A program made the position numbers and the translations under genes. The notes beneath the pieces were generated by a model. The model saw only the letters and a list, made by a program, of their open reading frames with translations. It searched no databases and had not been told where the DNA came from. From a virus: DNA of 64,000 nucleotides. Within the stretch, counting starts at the first letter, position 1; each line of letters opens with the position of its first letter. The DNA lies in IMG/VR virus record IMGVR_UViG_3300025508_000006, positions 52,031 through 116,030 of that record; one strand, written 5' to 3'. Below, one piece after another: positions 37,377 through 46,870 of the stretch.

Positions 37377-39131
37377 ATGGCATTTATTCCATCAGAGTCT
37401 CCCAACATTACAGTAAAAGAGTTTGACTTGTCAGGTGTTGTTCCTGCGGTCACCACTTCTACTGGTGCAATTGTTGGTGACTTTAACTGGGGACCTATAG
37501 GCGTACCAACAAAGATTTCAAACGAATCTGAATTGGTAGGTGTTTTCGGATCTCCTACATTAACAGACGAAGGTTCCGCAGTCGATTACTTGACCGCCGG
37601 CGCATTCTTAAAATATTCTAGCGATCTATTTGTTGTGCGTGATGCAACTATTGACGCAAAGAACTCATACGATAGTGACGGCGCTGCTCTTGCTTCACTC
37701 ATTAAAAACGACGACGATTTCTCGACTAGTAAATCCGCTCTTGTCACTGCTGGACATACGTTCATTGGCAAACACGCAGGTATTCTCGGCAATGACATCG
37801 ACATTCAAATTGTAGGCACAAACGACTCAGCATGGGCAGCATTTGATCATGCAGGTTCATTCGATTCGAAACCAGGTACATCTGCTCATGTCGCGGCACG
37901 ATCCGCTGATGGCATTGCCGCTAACGACGAAGTTCACATTGCAGTTGTTGATCGCACTGGTCAATTCTCTGGTGTTGCAGGAACTCTTCTCGAAGCGTTT
38001 TCATTCGTATCTTTAGCAACCGATGCTAGAACTCCTGAAGGCGCATCTAACTTTGCAGTTGATGTAGTCAATGCTGGTTCTGAGTATGTACGATGTGCTT
38101 CACTGCCCGACGAAGTAGCAGCAACACCTACGACTTCTATTCTGCACACTGCTGCCGTGAACGGTTCTCAACTTTTCACTGCACCTGATACTACAGTTCT
38201 TAAAGGTGGTGCAAATAGCGGTACATTCACTACTGCGGAATATACCGGCGTAGATAAAGGATTCAATCTGTTCGCAGATGTAGATACTATTCAAGTAGAT
38301 TTTCTGATTGCTCCTGGACTTGCTGCCTCAGCAGATCAAGTAACAGTCGTAAATGTCTTGACCGGTCTTGCTACTGCACGTAAAGATTGTGTTGTTGTAG
38401 CATCTCCTGCACGTAATGATGTTGTTGGTGTAGCACCTGGTACTATAGTGACAAACACAATTACTACTGCTAACTTGTTTAACGCATCATCTTACCTGAT
38501 TGTGGATAACAACTATCTTAAAGTGTATGACAAGTACAATGATCAGTATGTTTATATTCCTGCGGCATCTTCAACTGCTGGTGTGATGGCACTGACCGAT
38601 GACGTTTCAGCACCTTGGTTCTCTCCTGCAGGCAGTCGTCGTGGTCAATACTACGGTGTAACTAATCTTGCATACACAGCAACTAAAGCACAGCGTGATA
38701 CTCTGTACAAAGCAGGCATTAACCCTATTGTTAATCTGCCAGGACAAGGTATTCTTCTGTATGGCGATAAGACTAAACTAGGTCGTCCATCTGCATTTGA
38801 TCGTATCAACGTCCGTCGTCTGTTCTTAGGCGTAGAACGCGCAATCAAAGCGGCAGCACAGAACGTAATGTTTGAATTCAATGATGAGTTCACTCGTGCT
38901 GAGTTCGTAAACATAATCGAACCTTTCTTGAGAGAGATTAAGGGTCGTAGAGGTATTACTGATTTTAGAGTTGTATGTGACGAAACAAACAACACACCTT
39001 CAGTGATTGACAATAATCAATTTATCGCTTCTGTCTTTATCAAACCAGCACGATCTATCAACTACGTATCTTTGAACTTCGTAGCAGTTAGAACCGGTGT
39101 TGATTTCGATGAAGTAGTCGGTCTGGTATAA
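37377..39131 (+). CDS. gp18: tail sheath protein gp18
   Basis: SP.I.VKE.DL, WFSPAG..RG, SAFDRINVRRLF, FEFND..TR and IKPARSIN motifs. Confidence 0.97.
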   Translation: MAFIPSESPNITVKEFDLSGVVPAVTTSTGAIVGDFNWGPIGVPTKISNESELVGVFGSPTLTDEGSAVDYLTAGAFLKYSSDLFVVRDATIDAKNSYDSDGAALASLIKNDDDFSTSKSALVTAGHTFIGKHAGILGNDIDIQIVGTNDSAWAAFDHAGSFDSKPGTSAHVAARSADGIAANDEVHIAVVDRTGQFSGVAGTLLEAFSFVSLATDARTPEGASNFAVDVVNAGSEYVRCASLPDEVAATPTTSILHTAAVNGSQLFTAPDTTVLKGGANSGTFTTAEYTGVDKGFNLFADVDTIQVDFLIAPGLAASADQVTVVNVLTGLATARKDCVVVASPARNDVVGVAPGTIVTNTITTANLFNASSYLIVDNNYLKVYDKYNDQYVYIPAASSTAGVMALTDDVSAPWFSPAGSRRGQYYGVTNLAYTATKAQRDTLYKAGINPIVNLPGQGILLYGDKTKLGRPSAFDRINVRRLFLGVERAIKAAAQNVMFEFNDEFTRAEFVNIIEPFLREIKGRRGITDFRVVCDETNNTPSVIDNNQFIASVFIKPARSINYVSLNFVAVRTGVDFDEVVGLV

Positions 39132-39144
39132 GGGAGAATAGACA

Positions 39145-39672
39145 ATGGCAATTTTAGGCGTAGATGATTTTAAATCGAAACTCAGAGGGGGCGGTGCTCG
39201 TCCCAACCTGTTTAAGACAACCCTTAACTTTCCGGCATATGCTGGGGGTGACGTAGAACTTACGTCATTCCTTTGTAAGTCTGCACAGTTACCACAATCA
39301 AGCATGGCACCTCTTTTGGTACCATTCCGTGGTCGCGAGATGAAGATTGCTGGTGATCGTACATTCGAAGATTGGACAGTAACCATTATTAACGATACTG
39401 ATTTCGATGTTCGTGATGCTTTCGAGCGTTGGATGAACGGTATCAATGCACACCAATCTAACACTGGTCTAGTTAATCCTGTTGATTATCAAGCAGACTT
39501 AATCGTTGATCAGTTGGATCGTAACTCTGACGTGTTAAAGCGTTATCAGTTCAGAGGCGCTTTCCCAACACTTGTAGGACCAATCGCCCTGAGTTATGAC
39601 ACTCGTGACGAAGTTGAAACCTTTGATGTGACATTCTCATATCAGTATTGGGAATCAAATACTACGAGTTAA
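39145..39672 (+). CDS. gp19: tail tube protein gp19
   Basis: GGGARPNLF, FRGR..KIAGDRTFEDW and F.VTFSYQYW motifs. Confidence 0.96.
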   Translation: MAILGVDDFKSKLRGGGARPNLFKTTLNFPAYAGGDVELTSFLCKSAQLPQSSMAPLLVPFRGREMKIAGDRTFEDWTVTIINDTDFDVRDAFERWMNGINAHQSNTGLVNPVDYQADLIVDQLDRNSDVLKRYQFRGAFPTLVGPIALSYDTRDEVETFDVTFSYQYWESNTTS

Positions 39673-39688
39673 GATCGTACTAAATAAT

Positions 39689-39722
39689 AGGGAGTGCTTC
39701 GGTGCTCCCTCATTATTATTTA
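39689..39722 (+). terminator. C(UUCG)G hairpin, probable rho-independent terminator or RNA-stabilising stem
   Basis: AGGGAGTGC-TTCG-GTGCTCCCT followed by a T-rich tract. A variant late promoter ACTAAATA lies at 39679-39686. Confidence 0.6.
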
Positions 39723-39734
39723 CTAGGAAAGAAT

Positions 39735-41357
39735 ATGGCAGACCAAGACAACAACGCATTAAAACTCTTTGGGTTCGAAATCAAAAGAGCAGGCAAAGCA
39801 AATTCTAATAAAGAGAAGTTGCCCTCTGTCGTGCCTCCAACAGACAATGACGGTGCAGGTTATGTAACTGCTACTGCTGGACACTTTGGTCAGTACGTAA
39901 ACATGGACGGCGACCAGTCTAAAGACAACGCCCAGTTGATCATGCGTTATCGTGGTGTTTCAATGCATCCCGAAGTTGATATGGCAATCGAAGAAATTGT
40001 AAACGAAGGTATTTCATCATCAGAAAACTCATCATCGGTTGAGATTGCACTAGATGATATTGAAGCACCTGACAAAATTAAAGACCAGATTCGCGAGGAG
40101 TTTGATGACATCATTGCGATGCTCAAATTCAACGAGTTAGGTCATGATATATTCAGATCATTCTACGTAGACGGCAGACTCTACTATCATTTGCTTGTTA
40201 ATGAAAGCAACATGAAAGCGGGTATTCAAGAGATACGTAATATTGACAGTGCCAAAGTGCGCAAAGTTAAAGAAGTTAAGTACAAAAAGGACCAGAGGAC
40301 TGGCGTTAAACTCGTTGACACTATTGACGAGTACTACGTATACGAAGACAAACCAGGTAATCAGAACAGCGGCGTTAAACTAGCGACTGATTCTATTGCA
40401 TATGTTACTTCTGGTTTACTTGACGAGTCCAAGAAGAAAGTAGTATCTTATCTTCATAAAGCATTAAAACCCATCAACCAATTGCGTATGATGGAAGACA
40501 GTCTTGTAATCTATAGACTTGCTCGTGCTCCAGAACGTCGAATCTTTTATATTGATGTCGGTAACTTGCCGCGCGGTAAGTCAGAGCAGTACATGAAAGA
40601 CATTATGACACAGTATCGTAATAAGTTAGTTTACGATGCTGACACTGGTCAAATGAAAGATGATCGTAAGCATATGTCTATGCTCGAAGATTTCTGGTTG
40701 CCTCGTCGTGAAGGCGGTCGTGGGACTGAGATTAGTACACTGCCTGGCGGTGAGAATCTTGGACAGATTGATGATGTTATCTACTTTCAGAAGCGTTTGT
40801 ATCGTTCATTGAACGTTCCTGTGAGTCGCTTAGAGCAAGAAGCACAATTCTCATTGGGTCGTAGTACTGAGATTTCACGAGACGAAGTTAAGTTCCAAAA
40901 GTTCATTGATCGTCTGAGACGCAGATTCTCTGGTCTGTTCATGAATATCTTACGCAAGCAGTTATTACTCAAGGGTGTCATTACTGAGCAAGACTGGGAA
41001 GAGTGGAAAGATGACATCTATGTAGATTTCATGAAGGACAACCACTTCACCGAACTAAAGGAAATGGAAATTCTTCGTGAACGTGTTGGTTTAATGAATG
41101 AAGTAACACAGTATGTTGGTGAATACTTCTCTAAAGATTGGGTTATGCGTAATGTACTTCAGTTAAGCGAAGACGATATGAAAGATATGCAAAAAGAAAT
41201 TGACGCTGAAGTTAGCGATGATGAGATTGTTGACAGGCGACCAAGTGCAGAAGACGAGAAAGAAGAACCAGCACCTAAAACACCTGCTCCTAAAGCACCA
41301 GTTGCCGCACCTGCAACGCCAGTTAAGAAAGACATAGATACAACACAAGAAAAGTAA
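39735..41357 (+). CDS. gp20: portal vertex protein gp20
   Basis: LFGF.I, YVDGR, SYLHKA.KP.NQLRM.ED..VIYR..RAPERRIFYIDVGNLP and EDFWLPRREGGRGTEI motifs. Start moved to ATG 39735 after the AGGA Shine-Dalgarno. Confidence 0.97.
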   Translation: MADQDNNALKLFGFEIKRAGKANSNKEKLPSVVPPTDNDGAGYVTATAGHFGQYVNMDGDQSKDNAQLIMRYRGVSMHPEVDMAIEEIVNEGISSSENSSSVEIALDDIEAPDKIKDQIREEFDDIIAMLKFNELGHDIFRSFYVDGRLYYHLLVNESNMKAGIQEIRNIDSAKVRKVKEVKYKKDQRTGVKLVDTIDEYYVYEDKPGNQNSGVKLATDSIAYVTSGLLDESKKKVVSYLHKALKPINQLRMMEDSLVIYRLARAPERRIFYIDVGNLPRGKSEQYMKDIMTQYRNKLVYDADTGQMKDDRKHMSMLEDFWLPRREGGRGTEISTLPGGENLGQIDDVIYFQKRLYRSLNVPVSRLEQEAQFSLGRSTEISRDEVKFQKFIDRLRRRFSGLFMNILRKQLLLKGVITEQDWEEWKDDIYVDFMKDNHFTELKEMEILRERVGLMNEVTQYVGEYFSKDWVMRNVLQLSEDDMKDMQKEIDAEVSDDEIVDRRPSAEDEKEEPAPKTPAPKAPVAAPATPVKKDIDTTQEK

Positions 41358-41379
41358 ACGATAAACTTTGGAGAATAGT

Positions 41380-41712
41380 ATGGCAGATGAAGACGTGATT
41401 ATTGATGAAATACAAGCAGAACCTATCGAGACTGGTTCTGAACCTATCGCTGATTTAATTGATGCAATAAAGGCACAAGACTTTAATTCAGCAGAGTCAC
41501 AATTTAATGATTTGATCGGAGACAGACTAGCAGATACTCTGGATCAAGCGAAGTTGAAGATTGCGGACGAAATCTTCAACGCACAGGCAGAGACTTGGGA
41601 AGAAGCGGGCGACGATGAGATTGATGAAGAAGCGGGCGACGATGAGATTGATGCCACCTTTGATGCCACCTTTGATGCCACCTTTGATGCCGTCTTCGCT
41701 GACGAAGTATAA
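41380..41712 (+). CDS. acidic prohead core protein (gp67-like)
   Basis: Highly acidic small ORF right after gp20; GGAG Shine-Dalgarno before ATG 41380. Confidence 0.6.
   Translation: MADEDVIIDEIQAEPIETGSEPIADLIDAIKAQDFNSAESQFNDLIGDRLADTLDQAKLKIADEIFNAQAETWEEAGDDEIDEEAGDDEIDATFDATFDATFDAVFADEV
41599..41697 (+). repeat. perfect coding minisatellites: 2 x 27 nt and 3-4 x 12 nt
   Basis: GAAGAAGCGGGCGACGATGAGATTGAT twice (41599-41652); GATGCCACCTTT three times plus one degenerate copy (41650-41697). Confidence 0.9.
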
Positions 41713-41731
41713 ATACTAATAAGTATAAATA
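41708..41731 (+). promoter_or_regulatory. tandem T4-type late promoters
   Basis: TATAAATA at 41708-41715 and 41724-41731. Confidence 0.75.
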
Positions 41732-41732
41732 A

Positions 41733-42371
41733 ATGCTAGTAGATAAAAAACTTGAAGTGGTCATTGATAAAGCATCAGAGGACCATCTTTATTACGTAAT
41801 GAAGCACAAGGAACTGTTTGCAGATCCTATGCATCTTAGTACTGTTCAGTATATGAATGCTAAGAACATGCGTAATCAAATTAAGTTTAATGAGTTACTG
41901 TATAAGAGATTATTATCATTTGACAGAGAGGGAATATACCTAGATATTGGTGTAGGACCTGCCTTTCTTGAGTTTATTAATAATCAACTAGGTAAGAAGT
42001 TACATTTATCTACAGTAGAGTGGGAAGAACAAGTTGACCACTTTAAGTGTGTACGTGATTCGTGGAAAGTAAACGTCGATTACGAATGCAATGATATACT
42101 AAAAGATGATTTTAAAATACATAATTGTGAAACGTATTATGATTATGTATTACTTCAGAGATTCTTTCCTGTCTATAAGACTTCAGGAACAAAAAGAATT
42201 GATGATGTGCTGACTAAGTTTACACCTTATGCGAAAACCGCAATTATTATCGAGTCTGATACTAATTGGACAAAAGCACAGTGGAAACATCTACTGGCGA
42301 TAAGTAGAGAACGTATTAAAGTGTTCGGTAGTTTTAATATGTTCATCATAGATTTGGAACAGTATAAATGA
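41733..42371 (+). CDS. putative class I SAM-dependent methyltransferase
   Basis: YLDIGVGPAF (motif I-like), acidic residue after strand 2 (STVEW) and YDYVLL. Confidence 0.55.
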   Translation: MLVDKKLEVVIDKASEDHLYYVMKHKELFADPMHLSTVQYMNAKNMRNQIKFNELLYKRLLSFDREGIYLDIGVGPAFLEFINNQLGKKLHLSTVEWEEQVDHFKCVRDSWKVNVDYECNDILKDDFKIHNCETYYDYVLLQRFFPVYKTSGTKRIDDVLTKFTPYAKTAIIIESDTNWTKAQWKHLLAISRERIKVFGSFNMFIIDLEQYK

Positions 42372-42574
42372 GATCATTCAAAGAAATTAGAGAAGCGAAG
42401 ACTAAGATGCCTCCGGGCGAACACGTCTTCGATAAGAAGGTTGGCAAAGTGAAGGTAATGATTCACAAAGATGCCAAAGGATTTACCGTCTTTATTGATG
42501 GTGAAAAACTCGACACCTATCGTTCGCAGAAAGAAGCGGAAAAGATGGGCGTAGCATTTGCCAAGGAAATGTAA
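42368..42574 (+). CDS. small prohead-module protein (gp68 position)
   Basis: Basic MRSFKEIRE ORF coupled to gp21 by TAATG. Confidence 0.6.
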   Translation: MRSFKEIREAKTKMPPGEHVFDKKVGKVKVMIHKDAKGFTVFIDGEKLDTYRSQKEAEKMGVAFAKEM

Positions 42575-43233
42575 TGAAACTGATCACTGAATACACAGAG
42601 AATGATGTACAATGCATTGTCGAAAAGAATGCACAAGGTGAGAAGAAGTTTGTCATTGAAGGCATCTTTATGTCGGCAGAACAAAAGAATAGAAATGGTC
42701 GTATTTATCCCAAGCAGATTATGGAACGTGCTGTAGATAAATACGTCAAAGAACAAGTAAGTCAGAAGCGAGCGGTTGGTGAGTTGAATCATCCCGAAGG
42801 TCCGACTGTAAATCTTGATAAAGTTTCACACCTCATTACTGACCTTCAATGGGAAGGTAATGATGTTGTTGGAAAGGCACAAATATTGGATACTCCCATG
42901 GGTAGGATTGTAAAAGGTCTTCTCGAAGGTGGCGTTCAACTAGGTGTGTCAACTCGTGGTATGGGTAGTCTTGAGAATAGAAATGGCGTTATGTACGTTA
43001 AAGATGACTTTATGTTAAATACTGTTGACATCGTACAAGATCCATCGGCACCATCAGCATTTGTTAATGGTATCATGGAGGGCGTTGACTGGGTATGGAA
43101 CAATGGTATCCTCTCTTCTCAAGTAATTGAAAATATGGAGACAGAAATAAGAACTGCTCCGAAAAAGCATCTCTATGAGACGCAGGTTCGGGAGTACAAG
43201 AATTTCCTCTCATTACTCAAGTCAAACTATTAA
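42574..43233 (+). CDS. gp21: prohead protease gp21
   Basis: MKLITE, IEGIF, N.NGRIYP, GELNHP, LGVSTRGMGSL and D.V.DPSAP.AFV motifs. Confidence 0.96.
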   Translation: MKLITEYTENDVQCIVEKNAQGEKKFVIEGIFMSAEQKNRNGRIYPKQIMERAVDKYVKEQVSQKRAVGELNHPEGPTVNLDKVSHLITDLQWEGNDVVGKAQILDTPMGRIVKGLLEGGVQLGVSTRGMGSLENRNGVMYVKDDFMLNTVDIVQDPSAPSAFVNGIMEGVDWVWNNGILSSQVIENMETEIRTAPKKHLYETQVREYKNFLSLLKSNY

Positions 43234-43244
43234 GGAGTTACAAA

Positions 43245-44291
43245 ATGTCAGAAGTTGATATGAATGTTGAACTTCCTATTGATGAGTCATCATTAGAGGA
43301 AGGAAGTGCTCAACAAATGCCAGTAGGCACCGAAGCAGATGCAATCGCGTCCGTAGATAAAGCAGAAGATGGCGTTAAGTCTAAAGCACCAGCACGTAAG
43401 GGTGATAATACTAAACAAGATCCTGCACCAAAGACCAAAGCAGGTTTGCTAAATGCTATGTATGGTAAGTTATCTTCTATGAAGAAAGCAGACCTAAATG
43501 CACAGTATGAGAAGATGCAAGAAGACTTTGAAGATATGGAAGTTTCAGACGCAGTTGAACTGCCTGAGTTTTCTGTAACTGACGAGTTGAATGATCTTGT
43601 TGAATCAGAGCAAACTTTATCAGATGAGTTTAAAGCGAAAACTGCTGTAATCTTTGACACTGCTATTCGTTCAAAACTTTCAGAAGAAGTTGAAAGAATT
43701 GAAGATGAATACCAATCACGACTTGACGAAGAACTCGAGGCAACTCGCAGTGACCTAGTTGAGAAAGTAGATTCATATCTTAACTACGTAGTTGAGAACT
43801 GGATGACTGAAAATCAGATTGCTGTTGAATCTGGTCTGCGTACTGAAATTGCTGAGAACTTTATGACTAGTCTGAAAGACTTGTTCGTAGAATCTTACAT
43901 CGAAGTACCTGAGTCTAAAGTGAATCTTGTTGACGAACTAGCAGAGCAAGTTTCTGAGTTAGAAGAGAAACTTAATGCTCAAACTGGTTCTGCCATAGCA
44001 ATGTCTGAGCAAGTCGAGACTCTTCAGCGTGAAGCGATTATTCGCGAACATGCCGGCGATCTTGCTGACACTCAGGTTGAGAAGTTAAAAGGTCTAGTTG
44101 AATCACTCGACTTCGAAGATGCTGAATCTTTCGCGCACAAAGTAAAGACTGTTAAAGAGTCCTACTTTAAGAAAGACGTAGCAACTGTTGAAGAAGAAAT
44201 CAACGAAGATTGGACTGCTGAAGAAACTGCACCGGTATCTGGTTCAGTGATGGAACAGTACCTAACCGCAATTAAAAAATCTAACAAGTAA
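43245..44291 (+). CDS. gp22: prohead scaffold protein gp22
   Basis: LS.EFK.K...IF, VDSYLNYVVE.WM.EN and KV..VKESYF motifs; acidic coiled coil. Confidence 0.92.
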   Translation: MSEVDMNVELPIDESSLEEGSAQQMPVGTEADAIASVDKAEDGVKSKAPARKGDNTKQDPAPKTKAGLLNAMYGKLSSMKKADLNAQYEKMQEDFEDMEVSDAVELPEFSVTDELNDLVESEQTLSDEFKAKTAVIFDTAIRSKLSEEVERIEDEYQSRLDEELEATRSDLVEKVDSYLNYVVENWMTENQIAVESGLRTEIAENFMTSLKDLFVESYIEVPESKVNLVDELAEQVSELEEKLNAQTGSAIAMSEQVETLQREAIIREHAGDLADTQVEKLKGLVESLDFEDAESFAHKVKTVKESYFKKDVATVEEEINEDWTAEETAPVSGSVMEQYLTAIKKSNK

Positions 44292-44309
44292 ATACTAGGA
44301 GTATTACAA

Positions 44310-45647
44310 ATGCAACAATCATACGATAAACTTATCGAAAAATGGAGTCCAGTTCTGAACGAAGAGTCTGCTGGTTCTATCCAAGACAATCACCGTCGGT
44401 CAGTAACTGCCGCTATCCTTGAGAACCAAGAGAAAGCATTCCTCGAAGAAAGCAACATGCTGAACGAAACCCCCGCTAACGCAAATGCTAGTGTTACTGG
44501 CACTGCTAACTGGAACCCTGTTCTGATTGCACTTGTTCGTCGTGCTATGCCTAACTTGATGGCATACGATCTTGCTGGTGTTCAACCTATGACTGGTCCT
44601 ACTGGTCTTATCTTCGCTATGAAGAGCAAGTACAAGACTACTCGTGCTGGCGCTACTTCTGGTGACGAAGCATTGTTCGGCGAAGCAGTAACTGGTTTCT
44701 CTGGCGATTCATCTGCTACTCTTGATGGACGTGGTGCTTCTGGTCTAGTAGGCGCAACTGACACTAATGTTGACTCAAGCATTGCCGATTCTGGTGCTAC
44801 TTATGTTCCTGCTGTTGGCGGCGCTATGCCTACTGCTGATGCTGAAGCACTTGGTAACACCGGTTCTGCATTTGCTGAAATGGGTTTCACCATTGAGAAA
44901 GCAACTGTAACTGCTAAGTCTCGCGCTCTGAAAGCAGAGTACTCTTTAGAATTGGCACAAGACCTGAAAGCAATCCACGGTCTGGACGCTGAAACTGAAC
45001 TTGCTAACATTCTTAGCACTGAGATCCTTGCTGAAATCAACCGTGAAATCGTTCGTACTATCAACAGTCAAGCGAAGATCGGTGCTTTGACTTCTAACGT
45101 ACAAACTGCTGGTATCTTTGACTTGTCAACTGATGCAGACGGTCGTTGGAGCGTAGAGAAGTTCAAAGGTCTGTTAGTACAGATCGAGCGTGAAAGCAAC
45201 ACTATCGCTAAAGAAACTCGTCGCGGTAAAGGTAACGTAGTAATCTGTTCTTCTGACGTAGCAACTGCTCTTGTTGCCGCTGGAATGCTTGATTACACTC
45301 CTGCTATCTCTGCTAACTTGAACGTAGACGATACTGGCAACACCTTTGCTGGTGTTCTTAACGGTCGCACTAAAGTGTATATCGATCCATACGCCACTGG
45401 TGACTACGTTACTGTTGGTTATAAAGGTACTAACCCATATGACGCTGGTATTTTCTACTGCCCATATGTTCCTTTACAGATGGTTCGCGCTGTTGGCGAG
45501 AATGATTTCCAACCACGTATCGGGTTTAAGACTCGTTATGGTATGGTATCTAACCCGTATGTTGGCGACACTGCATCTGACGGTCTTGCTACTGCACGTA
45601 CTAACCAGTACTACCGTATCTTCCGCGTAGACAACATCCTCGCATAA
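44310..45647 (+). CDS. gp23: major capsid protein gp23
   Basis: KW.P.L, LENQE, VRRAMP.L.A.D..GVQPM.GPTGLIFAM, AKSRALKAEYS.ELAQDLKA.HGLDA and FQPRIGFKTRYG motifs. Confidence 0.98.
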   Translation: MQQSYDKLIEKWSPVLNEESAGSIQDNHRRSVTAAILENQEKAFLEESNMLNETPANANASVTGTANWNPVLIALVRRAMPNLMAYDLAGVQPMTGPTGLIFAMKSKYKTTRAGATSGDEALFGEAVTGFSGDSSATLDGRGASGLVGATDTNVDSSIADSGATYVPAVGGAMPTADAEALGNTGSAFAEMGFTIEKATVTAKSRALKAEYSLELAQDLKAIHGLDAETELANILSTEILAEINREIVRTINSQAKIGALTSNVQTAGIFDLSTDADGRWSVEKFKGLLVQIERESNTIAKETRRGKGNVVICSSDVATALVAAGMLDYTPAISANLNVDDTGNTFAGVLNGRTKVYIDPYATGDYVTVGYKGTNPYDAGIFYCPYVPLQMVRAVGENDFQPRIGFKTRYGMVSNPYVGDTASDGLATARTNQYYRIFRVDNILA

Positions 45648-45692
45648 GATAAGATGAAAAGATAATAATAAGAAACTTGTTTTAATCTTTAT

Positions 45693-45718
45693 AGGGACTC
45701 TCCGGAGTCCCTTTTTTT
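45693..45718 (+). terminator. rho-independent terminator after gp23
   Basis: AGGGACTC-TCCG-GAGTCCCT followed by a T run. Confidence 0.9.
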
Positions 45719-45723
45719 ATGCG

Positions 45724-45731
45724 TATAAATA
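45724..45731 (+). promoter_or_regulatory. T4-type late promoter
   Basis: Exact TATAAATA immediately after the terminator. Confidence 0.8.
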
Positions 45732-45825
45732 ATAGGCAAGGAAGATGTTCTGCGTATCAAGTGGTACGCACTGCACATAAGTGGGTCAGGAAACCACCCT
45801 CGGAATTACAGGATAGGAGATTACT

Positions 45826-46032
45826 ATGCGTATAATTGCAATTGCGTTCGCATTGGTTCTTTCTGCTTGTTCTACAGTCGATGCCACTTATCAAGGTGGT
45901 AAAGGTGTTGTGAACGGTGTTGCTGAAGATGGTTTCGGTATTACATCGGGAACTTTTGACGTTATTTCTAACGTCATTAAGGACGTTGCTGATAAGACTG
46001 GTGTAGAGATCGATAAAAAAGAAGCAGAATAA
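45826..46032 (+). CDS. small lipoprotein (entericidin-like)
   Basis: Signal peptide MRIIAIAFALV, lipobox LSA-C, then STVD..G.G..G; AGGAG Shine-Dalgarno. Confidence 0.7.
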   Translation: MRIIAIAFALVLSACSTVDATYQGGKGVVNGVAEDGFGITSGTFDVISNVIKDVADKTGVEIDKKEAE

Positions 46033-46090
46033 TGAAGAATAGGAGTACGCTGGCCAAGGATGGCACTATATTTAATTTAAGAGAGATGTA

Positions 46091-46276
46091 ATGCCAACAT
46101 ATAATTATGAATGTAAGAACTGCGATAACAAATTAGAAATAATGCAGAAAATGTCAGATGATGTATTAACTACATGTCCTAAGTGTAAAGAAGAAAAACT
46201 AAAGAAAGTCTTTGTTGCAGGTGGTGGTGGTTTTCATCTTAAAGGAAAGGGATGGTTTAAGACTGGTGGATACTGA
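46091..46276 (+). CDS. FmdB-family zinc-ribbon protein
   Basis: MPTYNYEC..C...CPKC...L.K......F.LKG.GW pattern. Confidence 0.85.
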   Translation: MPTYNYECKNCDNKLEIMQKMSDDVLTTCPKCKEEKLKKVFVAGGGGFHLKGKGWFKTGGY

Positions 46277-46287
46277 GTTAAAACTTG

Positions 46288-46295
46288 TATAAATA
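46288..46295 (+). promoter_or_regulatory. T4-type late promoter
   Basis: Exact TATAAATA. Confidence 0.8.
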
Positions 46296-46320
46296 TCTGT
46301 ATAAACTGGAGTAAGAAATA

Positions 46321-46827
46321 ATGGCAGACTTTACATGCGATACTAACTATCTCGCACCGACTGGATTTAAGATCACTGTATCTCGTGAGAACTTTCCTAA
46401 TCTACAATTCTACGCACAACAAGTAATGCATCCCTCTATGGAGATGAATGCTGTTGATGTGTCATATCGAAGAGCGGCAGTAGCAGTAACTGGCGACACG
46501 GTATCTTTTGGTATGCTCTCTATGGACATTATGATGGACGAGAAGATGAACGTCTATGAAGAATTGTTTCAATGGTTAGAGAGAATGGTTGAAGAGAAGC
46601 ATAGACCTAATACTGGTAGACTGCTAGATAATAGTGGCGAATCAATAGCACACTATTGTGATATTAGAGTACAGATTCTTAACAGCGCCAATAATGTCGC
46701 TCGTGAGTTAAAGTACGTCAACTCATTCCCCATTTCATTGGGTGATATAACATTTGCTGCCACGAGCGATGGGCAGTATCTTACGTTTCCTGTATCGTTT
46801 AAGTTTGACTATTTTGATTTTGTGTGA
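46321..46827 (+). CDS. gp3: tail completion / tube terminator gp3-like
   Basis: NYLAPTGF, P...F..Q....P, GD...F..L....DE.M..Y.E...W and FPISL motifs; position before uvsY. Confidence 0.8.
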   Translation: MADFTCDTNYLAPTGFKITVSRENFPNLQFYAQQVMHPSMEMNAVDVSYRRAAVAVTGDTVSFGMLSMDIMMDEKMNVYEELFQWLERMVEEKHRPNTGRLLDNSGESIAHYCDIRVQILNSANNVARELKYVNSFPISLGDITFAATSDGQYLTFPVSFKFDYFDFV

Positions 46828-46833
46828 TATAAT
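46805..46833 (+). promoter_or_regulatory. sigma70-type early promoter
   Basis: TTGACT-17 nt-TATAAT with an extended -10 TG. Confidence 0.85.
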
Positions 46834-46870
46834 AGTGTAGTTAATAACTACATTTTTAAGGTGAAATATT

